Counted from the stretch's first letter, positions 21,509 to 32,477 are shown. The stretch is DNA of 64,000 nucleotides from a candidate division BRC1 bacterium HGW-BRC1-1 (GCA_002842095.1 PHCB01000008.1:209231-273230); one strand, 5' to 3'. Program-made: numbers and translations. Notes: a model not told the origin generated them from the sequence alone.

Positions 21509-23970
21509 TAACCACCGGCAACGGGCTGTTGGTACTGCATCCCTTGCGGGGCCATGGGATAAGCGCCTTCCACGTCTTCCGTTTCGCTTTCGCCCTGATA
21601 GCTGCCAGCGCCGTGGTAGCTGCAGGAACTCGTGGGCTGGGAACCCGTTTTGAACGCCGCGTTCTTGTAAACATTGTTGCCTGAAGCGTAGCAACTGCTG
21701 GTTGCGAGATTTCCACTCTTGGAACAGATGTCGGCAAAGGCGATGCCCGAAGGCGTCACGAACTTCATTTTCCAATCGTCGCGGGTTTGAAGGATGCGAT
21801 CCATGGTCGGGGCCCAAATGGGTCCGACGTTGCCGCCACCCACAATCTTCGGACCCATGCTGCGGTCCTCATCGTATCCCACGTAGATGGCCAGAACGAT
21901 GTCCGGCGTATAGCCCACCATCCAGGCGACCTTGCAGCCGTTGGTGGTTCCGGTTTTTGCCGCCATTTCCGGCAGCTTGCGTCCCTTGTTCTTTTCTTCC
22001 ATGATCCATTTGCCCACCGTGGTGCTACCCGTGCCGCGGTTGATGACGTCCTGCATGATTCGCACTGTCATGAAGGCAGCCTGGGGTGAAAGAATCTGGT
22101 TGGTTTGTGGACGAATCACGCGAGAGTCACCCGGACTCTTGGTGCTGTAGATGCGCTTATAGGGGGTTGGAGTGATTCCGACGCCACCGTTGGCAAACAC
22201 GCTGTAGGCCCCCGCCAGAGACAACGGCGAAACATCGGGGGTGCCAAGAGCCATGGGAGGAACTGCCACCAGGTCCCAACCCTCGGGATTCACCATGTTG
22301 AATTTGTTGTAAAGAGAAACGGCTGCGCGAGCACCGATCGCCATGAACAACTTTATGGTGGGGATGTTGCGCGATTTTACCAAGCCCTCGTAGAGCGCGG
22401 TGGGTCCGTAAAAGCGGCCTTCGTAGTTTTTGGGGGCCCAGGCACCGACACTGAAGGGGGAATCATCCATGACGGTTCCCGGTGTAAACCGAGGATTACC
22501 GTTTTGGTCCACAACGTCAAAAGAGGAAGCATACAGCAGGGGCTTCCAGCAGGAGCCCGGTTGTCTGCCGCCCTGAAAGGCGCGGTTCCACTGGCCACTG
22601 TTATTGTTGTCTTCGTAATCCGCACCGCCCACGAGGGCCAGAATTTCTCCGTTATGGGCATCCAGCACGACCGCTGCGCCCTGCACATAGGTCTTGTCGC
22701 CGAGGTAGGCTTCCATCTTCCCATTTTTAACGCTGCTGATGTAGATATCGATGAGCTTGCCCGTACGTAATATCTTGTCGGGGTGGTAGTAGGGGAGGTT
22801 CTCCGGAAGGTTTACCACGGCCGTATTGCCCTGCAAAGCCACGGTCATTTTTCGTCCGTCGATGGACCGGATCGTGGCCAGGCGCCGTTGCCCTTTCTTC
22901 ACGCTGCCCATCTCGGATGCTTCGACAGACATGCGAGCGGGCTTCTGTTCCTCGATGGCCTCTTCAACCTTTTCAAGACCCTTGCGCAGTTCCTCCTCGC
23001 AGATCTGTTGGATCTTCAAATCCACCGTGGAGATGACCGTGTAACCTTTGCGGGCCAGTTCTTCGGCTGCGTCCTCGCCCTGGTTTTCTTTCGTTAACAT
23101 GGCTCTGACGTAATCGGCGAAGTAGGGCGCTTTCCCGGGTGGACGTTGGGCAGGGTTCAGTTCGATGGGAGTGTCGAGATAACGCTGCAATTCCTCATCG
23201 GTCTTAATATAGCCGAGCCGACGCATGTTGTTAAGCACCAGATTGCGACGGTCCCGTGCTGCTTCTTTGTTTTTTGTGGGGGAGAGGCGCGACGGAGCCT
23301 GGGGAAGTCCGGCGAGGGTGGCTGCTTCGGGGACTGTGAGGTCGCGCACGTCCTTGTTGAAATACGTGCGAGCGGCCGCCTGAACGCCATAGGCTCGGGC
23401 ACCAAAGAAAATGTGGTTCATGTACAGCTCAAGAATTTGCTGTTTCGAGAGGTGGCGTTCCATCTGAAGGGCGGTGAAAACTTCCTTCAATTTACGTGAC
23501 AACTTCACTCGCGAGTCTTTGAGCACTACGCCGCGAGCAACTTGCATGGTGATGGTGCTGGCCCCCTCACGACGCTTGCCAAAGAGATTCATCCACAAAG
23601 CGCGACCCGCGCCGCGGAGATCCACGCCATAATGGTTTTCAAATCGCTCGTCTTCAATAGCGATAAATGCGTTGGTCAGGTGATCCGGCACCAGTTTAAT
23701 ACTGATAAATTCCCGCCGCTCTGCTGCGAAAAGTTCAGCCAGTTGGTTGTTTCCGGTGCGGTCGTAAACGCGACTAACTTCGTTGGGATTGTAGTTGTCC
23801 AAAGCCTCGATGCTGGGCAACTCATCCATGTAACCCAGAAGGGCTCCGATGGCGAAACCTCCGGCGGCTACGCACAGAGTGACAAAGATAAGAAAAATAA
23901 TGAAGAGCTTGCGAAACGTTGGATGCATGCCAGGCATAAAAAAAGACTCCCGTATGGTGCTGGGCACCAT
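21502..23970 (-). CDS. Class A penicillin-binding protein 1A
   Basis: TM anchor; transglycosylase EDERF, GASTITMQ, RKLKE; transpeptidase SCWK, SRN, KTG. Confidence 0.93.
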   Translation of the reverse strand: MVPSTIRESFFMPGMHPTFRKLFIIFLIFVTLCVAAGGFAIGALLGYMDELPSIEALDNYNPNEVSRVYDRTGNNQLAELFAAERREFISIKLVPDHLTNAFIAIEDERFENHYGVDLRGAGRALWMNLFGKRREGASTITMQVARGVVLKDSRVKLSRKLKEVFTALQMERHLSKQQILELYMNHIFFGARAYGVQAAARTYFNKDVRDLTVPEAATLAGLPQAPSRLSPTKNKEAARDRRNLVLNNMRRLGYIKTDEELQRYLDTPIELNPAQRPPGKAPYFADYVRAMLTKENQGEDAAEELARKGYTVISTVDLKIQQICEEELRKGLEKVEEAIEEQKPARMSVEASEMGSVKKGQRRLATIRSIDGRKMTVALQGNTAVVNLPENLPYYHPDKILRTGKLIDIYISSVKNGKMEAYLGDKTYVQGAAVVLDAHNGEILALVGGADYEDNNNSGQWNRAFQGGRQPGSCWKPLLYASSFDVVDQNGNPRFTPGTVMDDSPFSVGAWAPKNYEGRFYGPTALYEGLVKSRNIPTIKLFMAIGARAAVSLYNKFNMVNPEGWDLVAVPPMALGTPDVSPLSLAGAYSVFANGGVGITPTPYKRIYSTKSPGDSRVIRPQTNQILSPQAAFMTVRIMQDVINRGTGSTTVGKWIMEEKNKGRKLPEMAAKTGTTNGCKVAWMVGYTPDIVLAIYVGYDEDRSMGPKIVGGGNVGPIWAPTMDRILQTRDDWKMKFVTPSGIAFADICSKSGNLATSSCYASGNNVYKNAAFKTGSQPTSSCSYHGAGSYQGESETEDVEGAYPMAPQGMQYQQPVAGGYY

Positions 23971-24105
23971 GAATACCTACACCCTTTCGCTGAAATTATC
24001 ACATCTTTTGCGATGGGCCTGCCGGACCCACTTTCAAGTCCTGCAAAGGGAATGGTTGACCAATTCCAGTTTAGTCGTGTGGATTAGCGCGATCTGAAAT
24101 CACCG

Positions 24106-25836
24106 ATGCTCGAATACCTCTCCATTACAAACTACGCCATCATTGAAAACCTGCGCCTTGAACCGGGTGTGGGGTTCAACACCATTACCGGCGAGACGGG
24201 TGCGGGAAAGTCCATTCTTCTGGGAGCTTTGAAGCTGGCCCTGGGCGAACGCGCCGCCGCCGAAGCCCTTCGTCGCGGTAGCACTCGCTCCGAGGTGGAG
24301 GCCGTTTTTCGGGGATTGCCAGAGGCTTTGACACAACGATTGAGTGCGGATGGACTGGCTGACGATTCGGATGAAGGATGTGTGATCCTTCGTCGGGAAA
24401 TTTCGTCCTCCGGCACCTCACGGGCATTTCTGAACGGGCGCACCGTGCCGCTGACTTATCTGCGCGAAGTGGCTGAGGCGCTGATCGATATCCACAGCCA
24501 GAACGAGCATACGTCGCTGCACACTGTGGCGACTCAGTTGAATTTGCTGGACCGTTTCGGCGAGCACGAAAGTGCGTTGGAAAACTACGCAAACGCCTTC
24601 CACCAAATGCGTGAGGCAAAGCGCCGGCTGGGGGAACTGGATACGAATCAGGGGGATGCCGAGCGGCGAAAGGCTTTTCTTCTTTTTCAGATCGAGGAGA
24701 TTCGCACGGCAGCTCCTGTTCCAGGCGAGGACGAAACCCTCGCCGACGATCGACGCCGACTGTTGCATGCGGAACGCATCGGAACAGCCTGCTCGGCCGT
24801 GGTGGATCTGCTGTATGAGGGAGAACAAACACAATCTCCTGCGGTTGCCTCGGTGGATTCTGCCCGCAAGTTGCTGGAGGAAGTGGCCGAGCTGGACCCT
24901 TCCCAGACGGAGCTTGCCGCCAGGGCGGGGGAGGTGCGTTTCGCCCTCGAAGACCTCGCCGGTCAGGTGCGGGACTACATGGCAGGCATTGCCCCGGACC
25001 CCGCTCGCCTGAGCGAGGTGGACGAAAGGCTGCATCAGCTCCATGGCTTGAAGCGGAAGTATGGCGACACACTGGCTGCGGTGCTGGAGACGCTCGAAAG
25101 CCTTGAGGCTGAGGTGCATGGCATAGAGTTCCACGACGAAGAAATGCAGAAATGCCGCGAAGAATTTGTTTCCTCAGCCAACAAGGCCTTGCTGGCAGCA
25201 AGGGAGTTGAGCGAACGGCGGCGCAAGGCTGCCGCCGTATTTGAAAAAGCAGTGATGACCGAGATGGCGGATCTTGAACTTCCCCGCGCCAAGTTTGTGG
25301 TTCGACTGAATTCGCACGTCCCTGAAGCCGGGTCGGAATCAAGCCCCGAGAGTATCTATAAAGCCCTCGATGCGCGGGGGGGGGATGACATTGATTTTCT
25401 GGTCAGCACCAACATCGGAGAAGATCCGAAGCCTCTGGCCCGGGTTGCGTCCGGTGGCGAAGTTGCACGCATAATGCTGGCCATAAAAACGGTGCTGGCC
25501 GAACGCGATGAAATTCCCACGCTGGTCTTTGATGAAATAGATGTGGGCATAAGTGGCGAGGCCGCCGCCCGGGTGGGGGAGAAGCTGCGTCTTCTGGCCG
25601 CAACGCATCAGGTGCTGTGCATCACGCACCTACCCCAGGTTGCTGCCCGCGGACATGTCCATTGGGTGGTGGAAAAAAGCGATGCGGCAGGTCGAACAAC
25701 CGCGTCCGCCCGACAGCTAAAGGAGAAGGAACGCGTACTTGCTCTGGCCCAGATGCTCTCCGGCCGCGAACCGGATCAGGCAGCTTTGAGATATGCCCGC
25801 GAACTGATGGCAGCGCAGGCAAACACAAAGGGATGA
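24106..25836 (+). CDS. recN: DNA repair protein RecN
   Basis: TGETGAGKS, ASGGE, LVFDEIDVGISG, ITHLPQVAA. Confidence 0.96.
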   Translation: MLEYLSITNYAIIENLRLEPGVGFNTITGETGAGKSILLGALKLALGERAAAEALRRGSTRSEVEAVFRGLPEALTQRLSADGLADDSDEGCVILRREISSSGTSRAFLNGRTVPLTYLREVAEALIDIHSQNEHTSLHTVATQLNLLDRFGEHESALENYANAFHQMREAKRRLGELDTNQGDAERRKAFLLFQIEEIRTAAPVPGEDETLADDRRRLLHAERIGTACSAVVDLLYEGEQTQSPAVASVDSARKLLEEVAELDPSQTELAARAGEVRFALEDLAGQVRDYMAGIAPDPARLSEVDERLHQLHGLKRKYGDTLAAVLETLESLEAEVHGIEFHDEEMQKCREEFVSSANKALLAARELSERRRKAAAVFEKAVMTEMADLELPRAKFVVRLNSHVPEAGSESSPESIYKALDARGGDDIDFLVSTNIGEDPKPLARVASGGEVARIMLAIKTVLAERDEIPTLVFDEIDVGISGEAAARVGEKLRLLAATHQVLCITHLPQVAARGHVHWVVEKSDAAGRTTASARQLKEKERVLALAQMLSGREPDQAALRYARELMAAQANTKG

Positions 25837-25873
25837 AACCACGCTGTGGGCGGAGGGCCAAAGTTTGGGTTAG

Positions 25874-26257
25874 TTAATCGCCACTAAGCACCCGCGAGAT
25901 GCAATCTGCCAGATCGCTGGGGGGGAAAGGCTTGGGAAGGAACGCGTCCACTCCGATGTTTTCAGCCCAGTTTTTATCCGATGTTGCTCCATTTCCTGCC
26001 AGAGAAGTCATCACGATGATTTTCATTCCGGAAAGCGCCGGCATCTTGTGCAGCTGAATGATGAGTTCGTAGCCATTTACACGGGGCATCTGGATGTCCA
26101 GCACGGCAACGGCCGGCTTGACTCGCTCAATGAGTTTTAGTCCATCCTCACCGTTGTGGGCCATGGCCACGTCATAGCCACGGGCGGTCAGCGAAATGTT
26201 TAGAATCTCGCAGACCTCAACCTCATCGTCGACAAGCACAACCTTCGGGGATTTCAT
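25874..26257 (-). CDS. Single-domain response regulator
   Basis: VLVDDE, LDIQMP, MTS, LPKPF. Confidence 0.88.
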   Translation of the reverse strand: MKSPKVVLVDDEVEVCEILNISLTARGYDVAMAHNGEDGLKLIERVKPAVAVLDIQMPRVNGYELIIQLHKMPALSGMKIIVMTSLAGNGATSDKNWAENIGVDAFLPKPFPPSDLADCISRVLSGD

Positions 26258-26508
26258 TCGGTTCTCATTCTTCTTTCAACGGTCAGTTTCTACGGATCGT
26301 CCTAAGTTGCCAACGGTCCAAAAAAATTACAGCGCCGTTTCATGCAACCTTGAATATCAATTTCCGCAGAGATTAAATCAACGCATCTAACGGCAATAGC
26401 GGGTCCGTAGCCGCTGTGTAGTGCAACGTCTTTTCTCTGACGAGTTACCATGCGAGTCCCACTTTGCCGCCACGAGCAACTCTTTTGATGTAACGAAAGG
26501 TTCGGCAA

Positions 26509-28446
26509 GTGTCTCAGACTATCGAAAAATCAGGCATGGTTACTGTCACCCTCCCCGACGGCTCCCAACGCGAAATTGAATGTGGTACAACCGTCCAGCA
26601 ATTCGCACAATCCATCGGCGCGGGCTTGGCCAAAGCAGCCCTGGGTGGCAAGATTGACGGTCAGACCGTTGACTTGTCGGCCCCCATTAACGCTGACTCC
26701 ACCGTGGAAATTCTCACCTGGAAAAACGAAGAAGGGCGCGAGATTTTTCGCCACACCTCCACGCACATTATGGCCCAGGCCATCAAGCGGATTATCCCCG
26801 AGGCGAAACTGACTATCGGCCCTCCGCTGACCGACAGCTTTTATTACGACTTTGATGTCCCCACTCCGCTTACCCCCGAACTTCTTTCGAAGATCGAGGA
26901 GGAGATGGAGAAGATTGTGACTGCGGCGGAGCCCATCACCCGCGCCGAGCTGGCCCGCGATGAGGCCATTCGTCTTTTCCGCGAGCGGGGCGAGGACTAC
27001 AAAATTGAGATCATCAACGAACTGCCTGAAGACCAGACCATCTCGGTCTATTCGCAGGGTGAATTTGCGGATCTGTGTCGCGGCCCCCACCTGCCCAATA
27101 CCGGCTATGTAAAAGCCTACAAGTTGCTCAACGTGGCCGGCGCCTACTGGCGCGGCGACGTGAAAAACAAAATGCTTCAGCGGGTTTACGGCACCTCCTT
27201 CCCCGACAAGAAGGCTCTCAAAGAGCACCTCGAACTTCTGGAAGAGGCGAAGAAGCGCGATCACCGCAAGATCGGGCGCGAGTTGGATCTCTTCTCGTTT
27301 CAGGAGGAGGGGCCGGGTTTCCCCTTTTTCCACCCCAACGGCATGGTGCTCTACAATGAGATCATGACCTACGTGCGCGAGGAGTTGTCCAAGCTCGACT
27401 ATGTCGAGATCATGACGCCCCTCATTCTGAACGAGGAACTCTGGCATCAGAGCGGGCACTGGGACCACTATCGCGAGAACATGTACTTCACCGAGATTGA
27501 CGAGAAGGCCTATGCGGTGAAGCCCATGAACTGCCCCGGCTGCATGCTGGTTTTCCGCAACGACCTGCGCAGCTATCGCGATCTTCCCATGAAGATCGCG
27601 GAATTTGGGCGCGTACACCGCCATGAGTTGAGCGGCGTGTTGCACGGCCTGTTCCGCGTGCGCTGTTTCACGCAGGACGATGCGCACATCTTTACCACGC
27701 CCGAGAAATTGGAAGATGATATTACCGAGGCCATCGATCTGATCCGTCGGGTGTACGAGGTCTTCGGTTTCGACGATTACCACATGGAACTTTCCACGCG
27801 CCCCGAGAAGGCTCTGGGAAGCGATGAGATGTGGGATAGCGCCACGGACGCCCTTCGCAACGCGCTGGAGAACCACGGCATCAAGTACAAGCTCAATCCC
27901 GGCGACGGCGCTTTTTATGGGCCGAAGATCGACTTCCATGTGAACGATTCGCTCAATCGCACCTGGCAGTGCGGCACCATTCAGGTGGACTTCTCCATGC
28001 CCGAGCGCTTCGACCTGAACTACGTCGGGCCGGACGGGCAGAAGCATCGCCCCGTGATGGTGCACCGTGCATTGGTGGGTTCGTTGGAGCGGTTCATCGG
28101 TGTTCTTATCGAGCATACCGCGGGCAATTTTCCCGTGTGGCTGGCACCGGTGCAGGTGGCCGTGTTGCCCATCAGCGAGAAACACCTCGACTACGCCCAG
28201 TCAGTTTACGATCAACTCCGGGCGGCCGGTGTGAGAGCCACGCTTGATGTCGCCGAGGACAAAATCGGCATGAAGATCCGCAATGCGGAAATCCGCAAAA
28301 TCCCGTACATGCTCGTGGTTGGCGAGAAGGAAAGCGCAGCCGGAGCGGTGAGCGTCCGTCGTCACGGCAAGGGCGATCAGGGGTCTGTTCCGCGGGATGA
28401 ATTTGTCCTGAAGATTTGGGATGAAATTTCAAATCGAACCCGTTAA
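26509..28446 (+). CDS. thrS: Threonine--tRNA ligase
   Basis: TGS domain, DLCRGPH, RDHRKIG, KPMNCP, FTQDDAH, GAFYGPKID, MVHRA. Confidence 0.98.
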   Translation: MSQTIEKSGMVTVTLPDGSQREIECGTTVQQFAQSIGAGLAKAALGGKIDGQTVDLSAPINADSTVEILTWKNEEGREIFRHTSTHIMAQAIKRIIPEAKLTIGPPLTDSFYYDFDVPTPLTPELLSKIEEEMEKIVTAAEPITRAELARDEAIRLFRERGEDYKIEIINELPEDQTISVYSQGEFADLCRGPHLPNTGYVKAYKLLNVAGAYWRGDVKNKMLQRVYGTSFPDKKALKEHLELLEEAKKRDHRKIGRELDLFSFQEEGPGFPFFHPNGMVLYNEIMTYVREELSKLDYVEIMTPLILNEELWHQSGHWDHYRENMYFTEIDEKAYAVKPMNCPGCMLVFRNDLRSYRDLPMKIAEFGRVHRHELSGVLHGLFRVRCFTQDDAHIFTTPEKLEDDITEAIDLIRRVYEVFGFDDYHMELSTRPEKALGSDEMWDSATDALRNALENHGIKYKLNPGDGAFYGPKIDFHVNDSLNRTWQCGTIQVDFSMPERFDLNYVGPDGQKHRPVMVHRALVGSLERFIGVLIEHTAGNFPVWLAPVQVAVLPISEKHLDYAQSVYDQLRAAGVRATLDVAEDKIGMKIRNAEIRKIPYMLVVGEKESAAGAVSVRRHGKGDQGSVPRDEFVLKIWDEISNRTR

Positions 28447-28483
28447 GCCTTGATGCGGAAAGCATAAAAGATTTCCCGTTATT

Positions 28484-28517
28484 CCCCCCGGTTAATTCCC
28501 ATGAGTTGGCCGGGGGG
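28484..28517 (+). terminator. Hairpin after thrS (possible terminator)
   Basis: CCCCCCGGTTAATTC...GAGTTGGCCGGGGGG stem; weak U-tract. Confidence 0.45.
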
Positions 28518-28547
28518 CGATTGAATTCCCAGATGGCACGCTGAAAG

Positions 28548-29243
28548 TTGGAGGTTTCTGAGTTGTTGAACAAACATAAATTGGTTATGTGCATGAGCGC
28601 GCTGATGCTTGCCGCACCTGTAATGTGTTTGGCGCAGGCAATAGTTATCAGTGGAGTACCTCCCTTGAGTGCAGGACCCGCGGCATGGTTGCCCCAGCAC
28701 ATTCGCGACGGATGTGTAACCCCGGCCTCGGCGGATGAAGCCGAGTTCTTACGCTGTCGGGCGCGCGAAGCTTTGAACAACAACAGCCTCGATGCGGCCG
28801 TGGTGCGTTACCAGCGCGTGTTGAAGCGCGTCCCCGGCGACGAAGAATCGCACCTTGGCATGGCTTACGCCTACTATTTCCGTGGCGACACCAAACGGTC
28901 CTGGGAACACGCCGACGCCGTTGTTAAAGGCGGCGGGGGATACGTGCCGGTGGCCATTCAGCTCAAGATGAATCTCGACATCAACAAGGCCCGGTACGAA
29001 AATATGTACGTCTCGGCCCACGAGTTACTTTGTTGGGCCCAGTCGGCCAACAACCGACTGGTGGAGATTGACGCCAACCTGCTGGTTGCCCGAGTTGCGG
29101 TTCAGTATCTCGGTCAGTGTGACGATGCACGCAATCATCTCGCGGCGGCTCGGGCTTTGCTCCAGCCAGCAGATCGTGCTGTGGCGCACCGCGTGACGGA
29201 TCAGGAACGGGACTTCCGCCGTTGGAGTGAAGGTCGCTTCTGA
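28548..29243 (+). CDS. Secreted TPR-containing protein
   Basis: Signal-like N-terminus; AVVRYQRVLKRVPGDEESHLGMAYAYYFRGD is TPR-like. Start uncertain. Confidence 0.6.
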   Translation: MEVSELLNKHKLVMCMSALMLAAPVMCLAQAIVISGVPPLSAGPAAWLPQHIRDGCVTPASADEAEFLRCRAREALNNNSLDAAVVRYQRVLKRVPGDEESHLGMAYAYYFRGDTKRSWEHADAVVKGGGGYVPVAIQLKMNLDINKARYENMYVSAHELLCWAQSANNRLVEIDANLLVARVAVQYLGQCDDARNHLAAARALLQPADRAVAHRVTDQERDFRRWSEGRF

Positions 29244-29246
29244 TCT

Positions 29247-30407
29247 TTAAGACGTAGCTGCGGCCTCTTCTTTCTTATCGAAGAGACGTTTCCCTTCCTC
29301 GCCCGTGTGAAGCATGTCATGGGTTTGGAAGAGAAGGTCGGGGATGTTCAAACCCTCCGGGCATCGGGGCAGGCAGTCGCCACATCGTGTGCACTTGTCT
29401 CCCTTGCTGCCTGGAAACCAGTGGCCGGCGTTCTCGAACATTTTATAGCGATAGCGCCCGAACTCTTCCATGTCGAAGGCCATCGTCATATTTCGAAGGC
29501 GCAGGACCTCGGGGATGTTGATATCAACGGGGCAGGGGAGACACTCCCAGCAGGCTTTGCAAAGCGACGGGCCAAGCACGGTGAACTGATTTTCCATGCG
29601 CGCCAGGATTTCGGTTTCCTGATCGGTCAGCGGACCCTCCAGTTCGAAGCCCGCCACATGGGGATCGAATTCATCGGTGAAACTCGGTCCGAACGAAAGC
29701 GTGTGGACATGGGGATGAAGCGCCAGCAACCAGCGCTGATTAAATACCAGAGGATGCAGCGGCGCCGTGAGAGCGCTCAGCGTGGCGGAAGGATGAAAAA
29801 GCCGTCCGCCTTTGTCCGCCGGTGAAATGATGAAAACCCCCATGTCGAGTTCGGCCGCGCGATCCACCGCGGCGCGATTGCGTTGGTTGAAGAAGTAGTA
29901 ATGGAGGTTCACGCTCTCAAAAATCCCCGAGTTGATCGAATCGAGAATGACCTCAACGGGGCCATGGGTCGAGAACCCCGCGTGTCGGATCAACCCCTGG
30001 CTCATGGCCCGCTCCACGGCGCGCCTGCAACCGTCGCTGCGCTTCACCATCTCCAGATGTTCGGGCAGGTTGATGCCGTGATAATCGAAATTATCGATGT
30101 GGGAGATTTTCAGCCGCTCGAGGGATTCGTTGATGTATCGCCACATCTCATCGTCTGTCTCGGTGAGGCCGATCTTCGTGGTGATGATAAGATCATCACG
30201 CGGGATGAGATGCATGATGTCGCCTAGCAGTTGCTCGCTGGGGCCGTAACCGCGCGCCGTTTCGATATGGTTGATGCCCAGGTCCAACGCACGCTGCACA
30301 ACGGCCAGCATCTGGTCCGCATTAACATTGGGAGGAATGAAGCGCATGCCCCCCAGCGTAAAGACTGTTGTTTGGAGATCAGTTTTTCCAAATCTGCGAG
30401 TTTGCAT
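29247..30407 (-). CDS. Aldo/keto reductase with C-terminal 4Fe-4S dicluster
   Basis: GINHIETARGYG, GFSTHG; CKACWECLPCP and CTRCGDCLPRCP. Confidence 0.9.
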   Translation of the reverse strand: MQTRRFGKTDLQTTVFTLGGMRFIPPNVNADQMLAVVQRALDLGINHIETARGYGPSEQLLGDIMHLIPRDDLIITTKIGLTETDDEMWRYINESLERLKISHIDNFDYHGINLPEHLEMVKRSDGCRRAVERAMSQGLIRHAGFSTHGPVEVILDSINSGIFESVNLHYYFFNQRNRAAVDRAAELDMGVFIISPADKGGRLFHPSATLSALTAPLHPLVFNQRWLLALHPHVHTLSFGPSFTDEFDPHVAGFELEGPLTDQETEILARMENQFTVLGPSLCKACWECLPCPVDINIPEVLRLRNMTMAFDMEEFGRYRYKMFENAGHWFPGSKGDKCTRCGDCLPRCPEGLNIPDLLFQTHDMLHTGEEGKRLFDKKEEAAATS

Positions 30408-30457
30408 AATCGAACCTTTTGAAATTTTGAATGGGTCTTAAGGGCGGGTCGGTACTT

Positions 30458-31159
30458 TCAGAGGACTAACTTTTTTGACTCCCCATCGTTTTTTCCCTCT
30501 GGTTCTTTCCGAAGTTTCTCGTACCAATATCTTCCGACAAGAACGACGGAGAAAATAATTCCAGCAACCACAAGTTGCGGGAGACTTCTCTTCGCTGCGG
30601 AACTGCCGAACAACGCAAAAATGATGGTCATCGGCAGATAACCCAAAAAGGTCGCTGAAACAAAATCCCGCGTGCGCATCCGCGAGATTCCACCGATGGT
30701 GTTTGTCAGGCTGGCATTGCTAAGTGGAAAGAGACGCAGGTAAAGGATCCAACGGAAACCATTTTCGTTCAATCGTTTATACCAATGCTTCATGCGGGGT
30801 GTGAGGCGACGAGTGATGGGGCCGCGTAACAAGGTCCGCGCCAGGTAGAAGTTTAGTATCGCTCCCCCCAGAGAAGCTGCCTGAGCCACTACGCTTCCCT
30901 CCACGGCCCCATAAAGCGCACCCGCAGCCACGCTGATCCACAAGCGGGGGATGCCAACAGCAGTAATCAGTGCTGTTGCCGCGAAGAAGATCAGTGCGCC
31001 GCGCCACCCCGTATCTCGCATCAGTGAGCGAAGATGCTGAACGTCAATCTGTTCCTGCACCGCCGGGTGCTCAAAAATCAGAGCTACAGCCGCAAACAGA
31101 CCCACGACTATCACCACGCGGGCAATGTCACCGGCAATCTGGCGCTTTTTGGATTTCAT
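30458..31159 (-). CDS. VTT/DedA (TVP38/TMEM64) membrane protein
   Basis: AGALYGAVEG, LRLFPL, hydrophobic profile. Confidence 0.85.
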   Translation of the reverse strand: MKSKKRQIAGDIARVVIVVGLFAAVALIFEHPAVQEQIDVQHLRSLMRDTGWRGALIFFAATALITAVGIPRLWISVAAGALYGAVEGSVVAQAASLGGAILNFYLARTLLRGPITRRLTPRMKHWYKRLNENGFRWILYLRLFPLSNASLTNTIGGISRMRTRDFVSATFLGYLPMTIIFALFGSSAAKRSLPQLVVAGIIFSVVLVGRYWYEKLRKEPEGKNDGESKKLVL

Positions 31160-31174
31160 CGAGTTACAGGTGCT

Positions 31175-31903
31175 TCAATCGTTCTTGCCGGCAGAGAGAC
31201 GGTCCGGAGCAAAATGCCGCTTGCGATACCACCGCATGGCCAGCATGTCGCCAATGCCCACCCATAGACGGTTGCCCACGCCATATTTTGAAACGCCGCG
31301 GGTGCGGGGGCGATGGTTCACGGGCATTTCCATCACCCGGAACCCGTGGAAACGCAAAATGGTGGGGATAAAACGGTGGAGACCCCGGAAGCCGGGAAGC
31401 TGTTTCAGGCAGGATTTTCGGATCGCGCGGAAGGTGCACCCGGCATCATGAATTCCATCGCCCAGAACCGCCCCCCGGATACCATTGGCAATGCGGCTGG
31501 AGAATTTCTTAACGGCTGAATCCTGCCGTTTGGCACGGACGCCGCAAACCGCATCGCAATCCTCAAGCAGTCTGAGCATCGCCGGCAAATCCGCCGGATC
31601 ATTCTGGCCGTCGGCATCCATGGTCACCACAATGTCGCCAACCGCATGGTCATAACCAGTCAGGATAGCCGCGCTCTGGCCGAAGTTACGATTGTGGGCC
31701 ACCAACCGCAGACCGGAAATCTGAGTCGCGAGCTTCGCCAGATGTTGCGGAGAACCGTCCGTGCTTCCATCATCAACAACAATGATCTCGTAGGGCTCCG
31801 GCATCGGTGCTAAAACTGCGATAAATTCCTCGAGCAGAGGTTGAAGGCTTTCAGCCTCATTGAAGCACGGCAGTACGATGGATATGGCAGGTTGCTCAGG
31901 CAT
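31175..31903 (-). CDS. GT2 glycosyltransferase (polyprenol-phosphate glycosyltransferase, DPM1/ArnC-like)
   Basis: SIVLPCFNE, VDDGSTDGS, NFGQSAA, MDADGQNDP, GLHRFIP, SKYG. Start placed at MPEQP. Confidence 0.92.
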   Translation of the reverse strand: MPEQPAISIVLPCFNEAESLQPLLEEFIAVLAPMPEPYEIIVVDDGSTDGSPQHLAKLATQISGLRLVAHNRNFGQSAAILTGYDHAVGDIVVTMDADGQNDPADLPAMLRLLEDCDAVCGVRAKRQDSAVKKFSSRIANGIRGAVLGDGIHDAGCTFRAIRKSCLKQLPGFRGLHRFIPTILRFHGFRVMEMPVNHRPRTRGVSKYGVGNRLWVGIGDMLAMRWYRKRHFAPDRLSAGKND

Positions 31904-32061
31904 GGGGCTCGGTTCATCGAACGGAGAGAATGTAAGTCTTGGAGAAAATTCGTCCAGTGAAACGTACACGAGAGGTCCGTGGCTGTTCTTATAATTTCTC
32001 GCAGACCTCGGATGAATAAGAGCAGTCTCTGTCGCGTAATCGACATGCGTAATTCCCGTGC

Positions 32062-32138
32062 GTACCCATAGCTCAACTGGATAGAGCGCCAGACTACGGA
32101 TCTGGAGGTTGGGGGTTCGACCCCTCCTGGGTACGCCA
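32062..32138 (+). tRNA. tRNA-Arg(ACG)
   Basis: GTACCCA acceptor, CCAGA-CTACGGA-TCTGG anticodon arm, GGTTCGACCC T-loop, CCA end. Confidence 0.96.
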
Positions 32139-32400
32139 TTTTCTTTCTCCCCCCCCGTCACTAATCACAAAAGTGGTTTGTTTAGACGGTTCGGCGCCAA
32201 ATGCCGACCGGGCGTGCCAGACGCACCAAAATCGCGGCTTGGATAGATTCTTCCCTCACCCCACAAAAACGGTCTGGAAGACGCGAAAAGTGTATTGTGG
32301 GTTTATCCGGCGTTCGCCCTCACTCGGTTGGGTTTGTTGCTTCCCGAAATAGTGCTCAACGGACGAACTCGGCGGTAGTTTATCTTCCCCGAAACATCGA

Positions 32401-32440
32401 AGCCGAAGGGAAACGGAAATGCGGTCGTTTCCCTTCGGCT
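32401..32440 (-). terminator. Strong hairpin downstream of the minor-pilin cluster
   Basis: AGCCGAAGGGAAACG / CGTTTCCCTTCGGCT perfect 15-bp inverted repeat. Confidence 0.6.
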
Positions 32441-32477
32441 CGAAATTGGAGCGTGTTGCGCCTTCAGTCGCGAATCA

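Noticed and set aside
26258-26508. T-box leader upstream of thrS
   Set aside because: No T-box consensus (GGTGGNACCGCG) or terminator/antiterminator seen
26530-28185. 551-aa ORF antisense to thrS, and similar long antisense ORFs over eno, recN, GH3, pilC and nuo genes
   Set aside because: Shadow ORFs expected from high-GC codon bias; no recognisable motifs, and they fully overlap confident genes
31904-32161. N-terminal extension of the GT2 ORF given in the ORF track
   Set aside because: It runs antisense through tRNA-Arg; the GT2 domain starts right after Met at 31903
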